Source: Methanobacteriota archaeon
GTDB lineage: Archaea > Thermoplasmatota > Poseidoniia > Poseidoniales > Thalassarchaeaceae
Assembly: GCA_004195615.1 (NCBI GenBank)
Contig: PSPW01000001.1
Coordinates: 82,881 to 146,880, forward strand
Direction of reading: 5' to 3'
DNA length: 64,000 nucleotides
Both the position numbers and the translations under genes were made by a program. Each line of letters opens with the position of its first letter. Positions within the stretch are counted from its first letter, which is position 1. Of this stretch, positions 47,058-57,347 are shown piece by piece. A model generated the notes under the pieces. That model had not been told where the DNA came from. It saw nothing but the letters and a program-made list of their open reading frames with translations, and made no database searches.

Positions 47058-48086
47058 TCAAGGTCCCTGATCTTCTATTGCATTGGAGGTGCACCAAGTT
47101 GGGGATGTAATGGGATTGCACCTGCTTGGAGTTCCTTCCGGAATCTCGACCCAGTAGTCTACCCCATCCACTTGTGCGGGATAATCAGTCGAGATGCTGT
47201 GAGCCCCGGCTGCAAGGGCTGCGTCGCGTCTTGTTGTGTCGTTGTTGTCAGCCTCCTCACCTCCGCTGTCCGCCCTACTCCGGACGATGTAACCCTCGCT
47301 AACGAGTCTGGTAATCTCATCACCACTGCCAATTGGGTCTGTAAGCGAGAAGATGGCGGCCTCGTTGCTACCCTCGTCAGACAGGGTGAACATACGAGCC
47401 CCGGATAGTCCCGGATACGCTTCTACATACAGGTCCCTGGACTCCCCACTAGCTAGCAGAACGAAAATCGCCTTTCCTCTGCTCTCTTCCAGCAATGGCC
47501 AGCCATCCGTGATTACCGAATCCTTCAGGGTGGCACTCTCGCCCCTCACGTCATCGGGCGTAATCGTCTTGTTCAGGGGCCAGAACTGGGCAATCTCCTG
47601 CTCGATGTCTTCCAATAGGCCCGAAATCTCCAGAGTGGTTGTCACGTCGGTGGCTTGCTCGGGCCAGTCCTTGGGCTCAATCCAAATGAAGAGCGGATGG
47701 TGCAACGGGTTCTCGTTCGACCATCCGAGGAGTGCTTCAAGGCAATTCTCGAATGTTGGGCACGTCGTGCCGGAGTCGTACTGGTTGTGGTAGACTCTGA
47801 GACCCTCCCTAATGTCCCACCAGACATCGATCTCAAACTGTCTGACGCCCTGCTGTGAGACCTGGAAATCCAGAGGTTGGTGTGTGTACATGTACTCCCT
47901 AGTGGGAGAAAACAAGGGCTCAATGTGGTATGAGTTGTGAGTCCCCTTCATCTGGATGTGATTAATTCTGAGTGGTTCTTTCTCCGAATCTCCTCCGAAG
48001 ATTCCATTACCCGAATCGGAGCCTAGGCACCCAGTTAGAGATGCCATGACTATCAAGGTCGCCACCAACGGGGCTTGCTTCCTCAT
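47058..48086 (-). CDS. Secreted lipoprotein, PI-PLC X-domain-like phosphodiesterase
   Basis: MKGTHNSYH (the catalytic GTHNSY motif of PI-PLC X domains). Lipobox signal peptide MRKQAPLVATLIVMASLTGC from the internal ATG at 48086. Confidence 0.6.
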   Translation of the reverse strand: MRKQAPLVATLIVMASLTGCLGSDSGNGIFGGDSEKEPLRINHIQMKGTHNSYHIEPLFSPTREYMYTHQPLDFQVSQQGVRQFEIDVWWDIREGLRVYHNQYDSGTTCPTFENCLEALLGWSNENPLHHPLFIWIEPKDWPEQATDVTTTLEISGLLEDIEQEIAQFWPLNKTITPDDVRGESATLKDSVITDGWPLLEESRGKAIFVLLASGESRDLYVEAYPGLSGARMFTLSDEGSNEAAIFSLTDPIGSGDEITRLVSEGYIVRSRADSGGEEADNNDTTRRDAALAAGAHSISTDYPAQVDGVDYWVEIPEGTPSRCNPITSPTWCTSNAIEDQGP

Positions 48087-48129
48087 CCTAGTCGAATTAT
48101 TGGAGGGGGAGATAACACTTCTGAAGGGG

Positions 48130-48618
48130 CTAGTGATGATGTCCGCCTGGGCCGTGGACGTGCCCATGCGCCAGTTCTTCCTCGGTGGCAGTGCGAATCT
48201 CGACGACCTCTACCTCGAAGCGGAGAGTTTTGCCGGCCATCTGATGGTTGAAGTCGGCCGAAACGACGTCTCCGTCAATCTCGGTGATAGTAAATTGGAT
48301 GGGACCTTGGTCGCTATGCGCCCCGACGACCATTCCTACTTCCAGTTCCATACCTTCTGGGAACTGGCTTCTCTCTATCTTCTGGATGGCGTCGTCGTCC
48401 CTCTCTCCGTAGGCTCGATCTGGAGTGAGTGTGAACTCCCTCTTCTCTCTCACTTTTGCACCGAGAACCTCCTGCTCGAAGCCTGGAATCATTTGTCCGT
48501 GTCCGACTAGGAAGGTCAAGGGGTCCTTGCCCTCGCTGCTGTCGAATTCTGCCCCATCTACGAATGTCCCGGTGTAATGCACTGATGCTATGGTGTCCTG
48601 CTCTACTGTATCACTCAT
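48130..48618 (-). CDS. slyD: FKBP-type peptidyl-prolyl isomerase (SlyD-like, with IF domain and His-rich C-terminus)
   Basis: VHYTGTFVDGAEFDSS...LTFLVGHGQMIPGFE and a C-terminal HGHVHGPGGHHH metal-binding tail. Confidence 0.9.
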   Translation of the reverse strand: MSDTVEQDTIASVHYTGTFVDGAEFDSSEGKDPLTFLVGHGQMIPGFEQEVLGAKVREKREFTLTPDRAYGERDDDAIQKIERSQFPEGMELEVGMVVGAHSDQGPIQFTITEIDGDVVSADFNHQMAGKTLRFEVEVVEIRTATEEELAHGHVHGPGGHHH

Positions 48619-48697
48619 GTTCGGGGGCCTGAGAGGTCAGTATCTAACCTGTTGGGTGAGGAGAACCTTCAACTGGGGTGTGTTAGGCCGGTAAAAC

Positions 48698-50431
48698 ATG
48701 CGTAACTACGGTCCAAAGGACCTGGTGGGCATCGTACTGACTCCCATAGAGGCAGTCTCTGACACTCTTGAGAGGAATTTAGGGCTATTCTCAGTCGTAA
48801 TCATCTCCCTGTCGGCGATGATTGGTTCTGGTTTGTTCGTGCTCCCCGCTCTTGCCATGGTAGAAATGGGAGGAGGTACGAACCCGGTAGGAGGAGTATG
48901 GCTTGCATATCTGGTGGCTGCCCTCGTCGTTCTACCTGGTGCAATTTCGAAATCTGAGCTTGCATCTGCCATGCCTGTTACTGGTGGAGATTACGTCTAC
49001 ATCCAGAAGACTTTCGGGCCTCTAATCGGGACGGTTGCGGGTTTGGGACTTTGGGCCAACTTCCTACTAAAATCTGCTTTCGCATTGATCGGATTCAAGG
49101 CCTATTTGTGGGTGATTGAGGACATTATCGGGATTGAAATTAATATCGAATCTGCTGCCATAATACTCCTTGTGATAATTGTGATAATCAACATTCTCGG
49201 TGTGAAGAAGATCAAGAAAATCCAGGCGCCGATTGTCGTGATCGCCACTACATACCTGATGTTGCTGTGCATTTGGGCCGTTGCTACTGGCGACCTGAAT
49301 TGGGATGCGGCAATTTCAAGAGAAGCATTCGGTGACGACTGGAACTCGGTGATAGCCACCTCCGCATTCGTTTTCGTCTCTTATGCTGGAGTCACAAAAA
49401 TTGCTGCTGTTGGTGGCGAAATAAAGAACCCAACGAAGAACATGCCATACGGAATTCTCTTCTCGCTGGCATTCAGTTGTATCCTCTACGTCACAGTGAC
49501 CATAGTAATGGTGGCTACAGTTGACCCTTCGGGGTACATAGATGGCAATGGTCACGCAAGAGAGGACCCAGTGTACATTTTCGCCGAGGCAGTGGGTGGC
49601 GAGATGGCAGGAATTATCGCAGCGGTTCTGGCAGTCGTGACGATGACGTCGATGGCGCTAGCGGGAATACTAGCATCATCTCGGTTCCCTTTCGCAATGG
49701 CTAGGGACAAGCTCCTCCCTCAGTTCCTCGAAGATGTTCACGGACGGTTTGAGACTCCGCATTGGTCGATTATCGGAACTGGACTTGCAATGGGTGCGAC
49801 AATCACATTCCTGCCGGTCCACGACGTTGCAGAATTGGCCTCTGGTTTCCAGATTATGGTCTTTATTGTGATTAATACATGCGTAATCGTTCTACGTAAC
49901 TCCTCAGATTCCCATGCATGGTACGACCCTGAGTGGAAGCCCCCTTGGCCGCTATATCCAATTATCCAAGTTGCTGGAATCGTCGGAGGTGGTATCCTTA
50001 TTGTCCTCATGGGTCCGAAATCTCTGATAGGGGCAGTTGCCGCAATAGTTCTCGGATTTATCATCTTCAAGGGATACGGAGAGAGGCATGTCGAGAGTGA
50101 AATTACCCCCTGGGAGACATCTGCAAAAATGATGACGGATCCCGATGAGGTGGAGGAGCGGCGGCAATTCGTTGCATTCCATGCAGCTGACACCGAAGGT
50201 ACTGGGAGGCTTAACTTGGGAGAGTTCGTGAGCGCGATTAGAGCCCTGGGATACATCGAACAGGAGAGTAAGCATATCGATGATGATGCCTTAGTGATTT
50301 CGAGCACTAGGAAATTCAAGGGGAACCAGTTGGTACGTGATATTTTCCATTGGGGGGACTCGAATGCGGACGGACTAATCGACATTGAGGAGTTCTTCAA
50401 GACGGCAGATGATCTTTCGCCGGAGAACTAG
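48698..50431 (+). CDS. APC-superfamily amino-acid permease fused to a C-terminal cytoplasmic EF-hand pair
   Basis: A 12-TM APC profile (SAMIGSGLFVLP...). The C-terminus carries two 12-residue EF-hand loops: DTEGTGRLNLGE and DSNADGLIDIEE. Confidence 0.85.
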   Translation: MRNYGPKDLVGIVLTPIEAVSDTLERNLGLFSVVIISLSAMIGSGLFVLPALAMVEMGGGTNPVGGVWLAYLVAALVVLPGAISKSELASAMPVTGGDYVYIQKTFGPLIGTVAGLGLWANFLLKSAFALIGFKAYLWVIEDIIGIEINIESAAIILLVIIVIINILGVKKIKKIQAPIVVIATTYLMLLCIWAVATGDLNWDAAISREAFGDDWNSVIATSAFVFVSYAGVTKIAAVGGEIKNPTKNMPYGILFSLAFSCILYVTVTIVMVATVDPSGYIDGNGHAREDPVYIFAEAVGGEMAGIIAAVLAVVTMTSMALAGILASSRFPFAMARDKLLPQFLEDVHGRFETPHWSIIGTGLAMGATITFLPVHDVAELASGFQIMVFIVINTCVIVLRNSSDSHAWYDPEWKPPWPLYPIIQVAGIVGGGILIVLMGPKSLIGAVAAIVLGFIIFKGYGERHVESEITPWETSAKMMTDPDEVEERRQFVAFHAADTEGTGRLNLGEFVSAIRALGYIEQESKHIDDDALVISSTRKFKGNQLVRDIFHWGDSNADGLIDIEEFFKTADDLSPEN

Positions 50432-50489
50432 CCCCTAGGCGTGTAGTTGAAGGCTTCAATCGTTCTGGGTGTAGTCCGAGGGATGCATA

Positions 50490-51302
50490 ATGGTTTCCAA
50501 CCGAGCCAAGAAGGTAACTACGCACACGCTTCAGGAAATGAAGAGATCCGCCGAGAAAATCACCATGCTGACAGCATACGACTACTCCCTTGCACGGTTG
50601 GTGGACGGTGCCGGCATCGATGTGATACTTGTGGGAGACTCAGCCTCAAACGTGATGGCCGGTAACGACACCACAGTCCCAATTACACTTGACCACATGA
50701 TATACCACGCACAATGCGTGGTTAACGCAGTAGACAGGGCCCTCGTGGTGGTAGACATGCCTTTCGGCAGCTATCAAGGAGATTCGAAGCTGGCTCTGAA
50801 GAGTGCGATTAGGATCATGAAGGAATCTGGAGGCCATGCAGTTAAGATTGAGGGTGGGGGTGAAATCGTCGACTCAGTCAAGAGGATTCTCACTGCCGGG
50901 GTCCCGGTAATGGGTCATCTAGGTCTGACGCCGCAGTCAATTTACAAGTTCGGAACCTATTCGGTCCGAGCCAAGGAGGAGGATGAGGCCGAGAAGCTCT
51001 TGGAGGATGCGATGACCCTTCAGGATGCTGGATGCTTCGCCATAGTCTTCGAGAAGATCCCTGCAGGCCTGGCAAAGAAGGTAAGTGAATCACTGGACAT
51101 ACCCACCATAGGCATAGGGGCCGGGGCAGATTGCGATGGCCAGGTCCTAGTCCTGCACGACATGCTTGGAATTACCAAGGACTTCTCTCCAAGATTCCTG
51201 CGACGCTACGCGGATGTGGGAGAGGCCGTAGACAGAGCAGTGAGAGACTACATCGGAGATGTCAGGAAAGGGAATTTCCCTTCCGAAGACGAGAGCTACT
51301 GA
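50490..51302 (+). CDS. panB: 3-methyl-2-oxobutanoate hydroxymethyltransferase (ketopantoate hydroxymethyltransferase)
   Basis: PanB signatures [10 protein letters not shown]...[12 protein letters not shown] and VKIEGG. ATG start. Confidence 0.9.
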   Translation: MVSNRAKKVTTHTLQEMKRSAEKITMLTAYDYSLARLVDGAGIDVILVGDSASNVMAGNDTTVPITLDHMIYHAQCVVNAVDRALVVVDMPFGSYQGDSKLALKSAIRIMKESGGHAVKIEGGGEIVDSVKRILTAGVPVMGHLGLTPQSIYKFGTYSVRAKEEDEAEKLLEDAMTLQDAGCFAIVFEKIPAGLAKKVSESLDIPTIGIGAGADCDGQVLVLHDMLGITKDFSPRFLRRYADVGEAVDRAVRDYIGDVRKGNFPSEDESY

Positions 51303-51362
51303 TACGGAGGAATGGCCCCCCAACCTTCAAGGACGCCCGCCAACGGGTAGGGTAAGGTCATC

Positions 51363-52319
51363 ATGAGCGAGTTGTGGGTTGAGAGGCACAGACCGCGTTC
51401 TGTCAGTGAGATGAAGGGTCAGAAAGCGGTGGTTGATAGGCTGAAGGCCTACTCCGAGTCCCAAACTTTTCCGCACCTAATGTTCGCTGGGCCACCCGGA
51501 ACGGGGAAGACGACAGCGGCTCTGGCCCTGACTAGGGATGTGTTCGGAGAGGGTTTTAGGAGCAACCTTCTCGAGATGAATGCCAGTGACGAGCGAAAAC
51601 TGGAGTCCATCAGAACCAAGGTCAAGCAATTTGCCCGAACTGCTCCGATGCCCGGTACCACGTTCAAGGTGATTTTCCTAGATGAGGCCGATGCGCTGAC
51701 GCCCGATGCCCAAGGGGCACTGAGGAGGATAATGGAGCAATTCTCTGAGACCTGTAGATTTATCCTGTCATGCAACTACTCATCCAAGATAGTCGAGGCA
51801 ATCCAATCCAGATGCGCGGTCTTCAGGTTCAGACCGCTGGACACCGAGAAGGTCTTGGAGAAGGTGTTCGAAGTCGCAAGTAGTGAGGGCGTGGAGCTTG
51901 AGCAAGAGGCAGCACAGGCAATAGCCAACGTAAGCCTAGGTGACCTCAGGAAGGCGATTACGTCACTGCAAGTAGCCGCATCGCTCGACTCGCATGTGAC
52001 CAGGGAGTTAATCTACGAAACCACTGCAACCGCCCCCCCAGAGGAGCTGCATGGATTCTTCCTTGCCTGCAAGGAGGATGGTTTCCAACCGGCGAGGCGC
52101 AGGATGAGGGGTATTCTCGACAGGTTCGGGTTAGCCGGGACAGATCTAGTCAACCAGCTTCACAGGGAGCTGGGTGGCGTCACATTCCTAGACGAGGTGC
52201 AGAAACTCGCAGTTACTGAAGCAATGGCCGAATGCGACTTCAGAATGGTCGAGGGAGGCGGAGAGGCACTGCAACTAGATGCCATGGCCGCAAGGATTTG
52301 CGGACTGCTCGGGAACTAG
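51363..52319 (+). CDS. rfcS: Replication factor C small subunit
   Basis: LWVEKYRP-type N-terminus (LWVERHRPRS), Walker A GPPGTGKTT, DEAD-like Walker B (FLDEADAL) and SRC-like CNYSSKI. Confidence 0.9.
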   Translation: MSELWVERHRPRSVSEMKGQKAVVDRLKAYSESQTFPHLMFAGPPGTGKTTAALALTRDVFGEGFRSNLLEMNASDERKLESIRTKVKQFARTAPMPGTTFKVIFLDEADALTPDAQGALRRIMEQFSETCRFILSCNYSSKIVEAIQSRCAVFRFRPLDTEKVLEKVFEVASSEGVELEQEAAQAIANVSLGDLRKAITSLQVAASLDSHVTRELIYETTATAPPEELHGFFLACKEDGFQPARRRMRGILDRFGLAGTDLVNQLHRELGGVTFLDEVQKLAVTEAMAECDFRMVEGGGEALQLDAMAARICGLLGN

Positions 52320-53242
52320 GAAGAAGACTGTAGGATGCTGAGGGTGTACTCCCTCTCCCAGGTGTTGTCTCCGTCCTGCCATGGAATCATTTCTCCCTCC
52401 TCGACAAGGGAGATGTGAATCAGATATTCCCCTGGGCTGCAGCCATCTGGACACAGGTTCCATGCCATGGAGACATCCTCCGAGTGGGGTGCGACCTTAG
52501 GCCCGGAGAACTCCCCGGTGAGTGAGTTCTTCTTCATCCCCCTGACCCAGTCATTGGGATCCACAGTGTCGAAAGTATCCGATGGACCATCGTCTGCAAT
52601 TTCGGAAACCAATCCGGAAACGCTGACTATCGGCTCCATCTGCCCTACCCTGTGAACTGTGAGGTTCATCGTGGAATTCTGAGCGTCGACGTTGTCCCTA
52701 ACGCCTATGCCTAGAATCACCGGGATTGAATCCTGGGAAATTCTGATCTCGTACACATTTCCATCCAAATCAAAGTCGGAAATCCCCTCGCTGTTGGCAA
52801 TGTCTATTGCATCAGCGAGATGTGGGGCTGCGATATCAGCGATTGGCGGGTTCACGAGAGCAAAGGAGAGGGCGAGCCAAGAGAATAAGTAGAGGAACGA
52901 TGCTCTGATCCAGTTTCCGGTAGTGAACTGTTCGAAGAACCGATCAGGGACTGCTAGTTGGTGCAATGGACGGATGAGCGCAATCATTAGCACAGGGAGA
53001 AGCCAGAGGATCTGCTGTGAACTGTCCATCCCGGGCATCATGTAGAACCGCATCACCAACGCAACGATGAGGCCCAAGACGATGACCAGCCACATGGAAA
53101 TCGCGTCTGCCTTCTCCTTCTCTGCGTGAGAAGAGGGGTCGAACGGTTCCAGAGTGGATGACTTCTTGTCCCCTCCCTTCGAACCACTGCCCTTCTTGCC
53201 TGAATAGGCGCTTGCCCTCAGGGCAGTATCGACATCGACCAT
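52316..53242 (-). CDS. Hypothetical single-pass membrane protein with a Lys/Gly/Ser-rich N-terminal region
   Basis: TM helix ISMWLVIVLGLIVALVMRF, a second hydrophobic segment and a soluble C-terminal domain. The table start (53323) is TTG; I chose an internal ATG. Confidence 0.4.
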   Translation of the reverse strand: MVDVDTALRASAYSGKKGSGSKGGDKKSSTLEPFDPSSHAEKEKADAISMWLVIVLGLIVALVMRFYMMPGMDSSQQILWLLPVLMIALIRPLHQLAVPDRFFEQFTTGNWIRASFLYLFSWLALSFALVNPPIADIAAPHLADAIDIANSEGISDFDLDGNVYEIRISQDSIPVILGIGVRDNVDAQNSTMNLTVHRVGQMEPIVSVSGLVSEIADDGPSDTFDTVDPNDWVRGMKKNSLTGEFSGPKVAPHSEDVSMAWNLCPDGCSPGEYLIHISLVEEGEMIPWQDGDNTWEREYTLSILQSSS

Positions 53243-53351
53243 GGATGGTTCTGGCGAGAGAGGGCGACACATCAACCCTGCGTGTGGAGTAAATGACGCG
53301 GGTGAATTACCGGCAATGCTCAAATGGCCTCTTCGCCCGCCTTGATGGTAT

Positions 53352-53480
53352 GCCGGGGTGGCGTAGTTGGTAGCGCGTCGGACTCATAGGGCAGCCGAAA
53401 GGCATGTTCACGCCGTAGGCCCCCTTCGAGATGCCTGAGTCATCCGAAGGTCGCGGGTTCAAGTCCCGCTCCCGGCACCA
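53352..53480 (+). tRNA. tRNA-Met (anticodon CAT; elongator-type G1:C72, Ile2-CAU not excluded) with a roughly 52-nt intron after position 37. CCA is encoded.
   Basis: Hand fold of the sequence: acceptor gccgggg/tcccggc, D-arm gcgt-agttggta-gcgc, anticodon stem tcgga/tccga with loop ctCATa, intron 53390-53441 containing an internal helix (ggcat/atgcc), T-arm gcggg-ttcaagt-cccgc, then discriminator a and cca. Confidence 0.8.
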
Positions 53481-53504
53481 ATACCAAACACAAGCGAGCC
53501 TTTG

Positions 53505-54872
53505 ATGGGCCGACGCGCTCTGCCAACTAGCGTGGAGGATTGGCCAAAGCCCGGAACGCCCGTCAAACTAGTGGTGAAGACGTGGGCTGGAAAGGCGGAG
53601 CATTCCGGCATTGCCCTCCCCAGTTCTGGGAACAAGCTGATTACGATGAAACTGCAGAACGGCTACAACGTTTCATTCCCGGAATCATACGTCGACTCGT
53701 TCGAAATCCTTGATGAGATGCCTGTAATCGAGGAGGAGATCGAGGAAACAACTCCTCAGGATGAATCCCTGCCTCTTGTCCATCTCATCCACACCGGCGG
53801 GACGATAGCCAGCAAAGTGGACTATGCAACAGGGGCAGTCACCGCCAGATTCGACCCTCATGAGCTCCTAGATGCTGTGCCCGAACTGCGTGACATAGCG
53901 CGAATTCGCGCGGTTAAACTCGGAAACATGTGGTCAGACGACCTTCGGCCAAGGCACTGGAATAGAATGCTGAAAGCTACAGAGGAGGCCTTCGCTGAAG
54001 GCGCAGTTGGCTGCGTAATCACCCATGGGACTGATACCCTGCACCTTTCGGCTGCAGCGATGTCGTACGGGTGGTCTGGGCAAGGGGGAAGACCGCCCGG
54101 TAGAATCGTTCTCACCGGCTCCCAAAGGTCCCCGGACAGAGGCTCTTCTGATGCTGCAGAGAATCTCATTGCTTCAGTACAATGGGCAGCCCACGGACCT
54201 GCTCCCTCGGGATACCGGGACTCATCTGTGGTTATCGTCCATGCAAGCTCTTCGGATGGGAAATGCGCCGTGCTTCCGGGGTGTGCCTGCAGAAAGTACC
54301 ACTCATCACGCAGAGACGCCTTCAAGCCGATCAACCAAGAGGTTCTGGGGCACGTTTCCATCGATAGCAATGGAGCAAGGATAGACTACTCTCCCGAGGC
54401 CCATGACGCCAGGGTCGAGGCGATTGCGCCGAAGCTGTTCGACGAGTCGATGCGCATAGCCCAATTCATCTCCGACCCCCACTTGCATCCAGATCAAGTC
54501 CAGGGGGCAATAGACTCTGGCTTCGACGCCTTGCTCTTCCATGGGACGGGCTTGGGGCACCTCCCGATCTCGGATCCAGAGGAGGATAGCCTAGAGAACA
54601 CCAGACTGCGAATGATGCTAGAGGACCACATAGCGAATGGAGGCGTCGTTGTCATAGTGACGAATGCGATTCACGGCCCCGTCAACATGAACGTCTACTC
54701 CAAGGGACGAGTTCAACAGGAGATTGGGATCATCGGACATGGCTCGCTATGTCCGCCCGGGTCGGCCTTGGTCAAGCTCCATCACCTACTCTCGGTCGGA
54801 GGTAAGGAATCGGTGGAGAGGGGATGGGAGATGGACCTGGTCGGGGAGAACCCAACGTTCTCCATGTCCTAG
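53505..54872 (+). CDS. gatD: Glutamyl-tRNA(Gln) amidotransferase subunit D (archaeal GatD, asparaginase-like)
   Basis: HTGGTIAS and ITHGTDTL asparaginase-type motifs in a roughly 450-aa protein, as expected for GatD. The table start is TTG and the ATG follows immediately. Confidence 0.85.
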   Translation: MGRRALPTSVEDWPKPGTPVKLVVKTWAGKAEHSGIALPSSGNKLITMKLQNGYNVSFPESYVDSFEILDEMPVIEEEIEETTPQDESLPLVHLIHTGGTIASKVDYATGAVTARFDPHELLDAVPELRDIARIRAVKLGNMWSDDLRPRHWNRMLKATEEAFAEGAVGCVITHGTDTLHLSAAAMSYGWSGQGGRPPGRIVLTGSQRSPDRGSSDAAENLIASVQWAAHGPAPSGYRDSSVVIVHASSSDGKCAVLPGCACRKYHSSRRDAFKPINQEVLGHVSIDSNGARIDYSPEAHDARVEAIAPKLFDESMRIAQFISDPHLHPDQVQGAIDSGFDALLFHGTGLGHLPISDPEEDSLENTRLRMMLEDHIANGGVVVIVTNAIHGPVNMNVYSKGRVQQEIGIIGHGSLCPPGSALVKLHHLLSVGGKESVERGWEMDLVGENPTFSMS

Positions 54873-54915
54873 GGACTCCGGTTTGCTGATGAACCGACTT
54901 GCACCTGGGTAGTTC

Positions 54916-56466
54916 GTGACAGGCTCCTCTCCCAGCGACGATTTAGATGCGATTAGGCAGGATTCGATATCTCCGGGCGATCGAAGCGTGATCAAAGAGA
55001 TGAGGGAGTCGGGGTCACAGACGGCAAGGGAGAGGATTCTCGACCTACTGGATGATGACAGTTTCGTCGAGGTCGATGCGTTCGTCAGACACAGGTCCGG
55101 CGATCACGGAATGCACCTTCACACTCCCCTGGGTGATGGGGTCGTGGCCGGTCACGGAAAGCTTGACGGCAGGAGGATAGCTTGCTTTTCCCAGGACTTC
55201 TCGGTCTTCTCCGGGACTATGGGAGAGATGCATGCGAAGAAGATCTGCAAGATTGTCGAGTTCGCAGAGAAGGCACGTCTTCCCATAATAGGCATCTGGG
55301 ACGGGGATGGTCAGCGTGCCCACGAAGGCGTCGCCTCACTTGGTTCAAATGGCGAGCTGCTGGACAACCTCGTATCCTGCTCCGGGAAGGTTCCGATGAT
55401 CTCAATCGTCCTGGGGACCGTGTCAGGCACAAGCGCACTAGCGGCCGGTCTCTCTGACTTCGTGATTCTGGGGAGTCAACGGGGAAGGATGTTCATGCGC
55501 AGCCCGTACGTAATCCCCGAGATTGTCTCCGGAGAGGTGGATGAGGACACCCTAGGAGGAGCGTCTCACCATGCCAGCAGGAGCGGCGTTGCGTGCATGG
55601 TCTCGGAAAACGAAAGCGAGGCCTTCGACATGACCGCAGAGATCCTCTCCCACCTGCCAGACCACACGATGTCTGAACCTCCCGTGCTGAGTACTGGGGA
55701 CAAGTGGAACAGAAAGTGCAAGGGGATGGACAAGCTCGTGCCACAGGACTCTGACAGGCCGTATGACATGAGGGGAGTCATCAGCCAAGTGATCGACGAC
55801 AAGCGCTTCCTCGAGATGTTTCAGTCCTATGCCGAGAACGTGGTCATTGGATTCGCTAGACTCGATGGGCATTCCGTAGGCATCATCGGGAACCAACCAT
55901 CGGTGCTCGCCGGCTGCCTGGACATCGATGCATCCGTGAAGGCAGCCCGGTTCATCAGGACCTGCGACTGCTTCAACATCCCAGTCGTGACCTTCGTGGA
56001 CGTCCCGGGATTCCTGCCCGGTACTGTCCAAGAGTGGGGAGGAATCATCAGACATGGAGCCAAGCTTCTGTACGCCTACGCCGAGGCGACCGTGCCCAAG
56101 CTAGCCGTGGTAACAAGGAAGGCTTACGGTGGGGCATACCTAGCGATGAGCTGCAAGCACCTAGGGTCCGACTACAACGTGGCATGGCCAACTGGGGAGC
56201 TAGCCGTAATGGGCGCGGAGGGCGCGGTCAACATCATCCATAGAACTGAGCTATCCGAGGCCGGGGACAGTTCAGGAAGGCATGCAGAGCTGGTGGACGA
56301 GTACCGGGAAAAGTTCGGAGACCCGTACGTCGCCGCGAGGCATGGCTGGCTGGACGATGTAATCGAGCCGGCTCAGACCAGAATAGCTCTAGTGAAAGCG
56401 CTAAGGCCGCTTCTCTCAAAGAGGGAGATGGTACTCCCGAAAAAGCACGGAAACATCCCTCTATGA
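54916..56466 (+). CDS. Acyl-CoA carboxylase carboxyltransferase subunit (propionyl-CoA carboxylase beta / methylmalonyl-CoA decarboxylase alpha family)
   Basis: Tandem crotonase-like carboxyltransferase domains (FSVFSGTMGE...; GGAYLAMS...). About 516 aa. Confidence 0.9.
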   Translation: MTGSSPSDDLDAIRQDSISPGDRSVIKEMRESGSQTARERILDLLDDDSFVEVDAFVRHRSGDHGMHLHTPLGDGVVAGHGKLDGRRIACFSQDFSVFSGTMGEMHAKKICKIVEFAEKARLPIIGIWDGDGQRAHEGVASLGSNGELLDNLVSCSGKVPMISIVLGTVSGTSALAAGLSDFVILGSQRGRMFMRSPYVIPEIVSGEVDEDTLGGASHHASRSGVACMVSENESEAFDMTAEILSHLPDHTMSEPPVLSTGDKWNRKCKGMDKLVPQDSDRPYDMRGVISQVIDDKRFLEMFQSYAENVVIGFARLDGHSVGIIGNQPSVLAGCLDIDASVKAARFIRTCDCFNIPVVTFVDVPGFLPGTVQEWGGIIRHGAKLLYAYAEATVPKLAVVTRKAYGGAYLAMSCKHLGSDYNVAWPTGELAVMGAEGAVNIIHRTELSEAGDSSGRHAELVDEYREKFGDPYVAARHGWLDDVIEPAQTRIALVKALRPLLSKREMVLPKKHGNIPL

Positions 56467-56517
56467 CTTAGAAACACGGTCTCCAGTAATAATAGGGGGT
56501 TTTTCGGCCAGATTCGC

Positions 56518-57345
56518 ATGGATGACAATGCCATGTACAAAATGCCAACAATCGACCTTTCAGCTAAATCCCTGCTGATGCTTTCTCAGTTGGGAATTTT
56601 TGTTACTTTCACTTACTGGACTAGCCAAGGATTAGAGGACATTATTGACTACGTCTTTCCACTCCTGTTCGCGGTTTCTGGTTTAGCACTCTTCCTTTCA
56701 GTCCCTAACTCGAGGATGGGAGTAACCTTGGGCGTTCCAGCGTTTATGGTCGTGATAGGATTAGCTACGGGTGAGGATGAAACGATATTCTGGGCTGTTT
56801 TCATGTTGGTCATGTTCGGGCCAATTGCCTACATGCCAGCATTGGCATCCGGCGACTCGACATTGGGTCTAGATGATGCATCCAGGATGCAAAGACTGGG
56901 CATACTCTGGATCGTATTCGCTCTGTTCATGATGCTCATGATGTCCAGCATTGTTGATATGGCCATGGATGGCGAATGGACAGACGAGGATTTTGATGAG
57001 ATTGAATATGACATGTCAATCGACTCTACCCAACAGACAATCGCACAGGTCGGTCTGGCTGTGGGCGTAATCGGGGTTCTGGTGTTCCTAATGACGGCCG
57101 TAGTGGGTATTCGCACATACGACCATAGGGTAATCATGGGAAATTGGAAGATGCTGCCCTGGCACGGTGGTGCAATGGCAGCGGGTGCTATGTTGATCGG
57201 CCAGTATCTTTGGTTAGTGGCAGATGGCGAACCAGCCTTCAACTTCATAGAAATACCATTCATTCTTTCCCTTGTCGGCCTAACAGCACTGACTCCTTGC
57301 ATCGCATATGATACGAACAGTGGTTCTTCGGACTCCGAAGAATAG
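56518..57345 (+). CDS. Hypothetical polytopic membrane protein
   Basis: Seven to eight hydrophobic segments. No motif recognised. Confidence 0.45.
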   Translation: MDDNAMYKMPTIDLSAKSLLMLSQLGIFVTFTYWTSQGLEDIIDYVFPLLFAVSGLALFLSVPNSRMGVTLGVPAFMVVIGLATGEDETIFWAVFMLVMFGPIAYMPALASGDSTLGLDDASRMQRLGILWIVFALFMMLMMSSIVDMAMDGEWTDEDFDEIEYDMSIDSTQQTIAQVGLAVGVIGVLVFLMTAVVGIRTYDHRVIMGNWKMLPWHGGAMAAGAMLIGQYLWLVADGEPAFNFIEIPFILSLVGLTALTPCIAYDTNSGSSDSEE

Positions 57346-57347
57346 TA

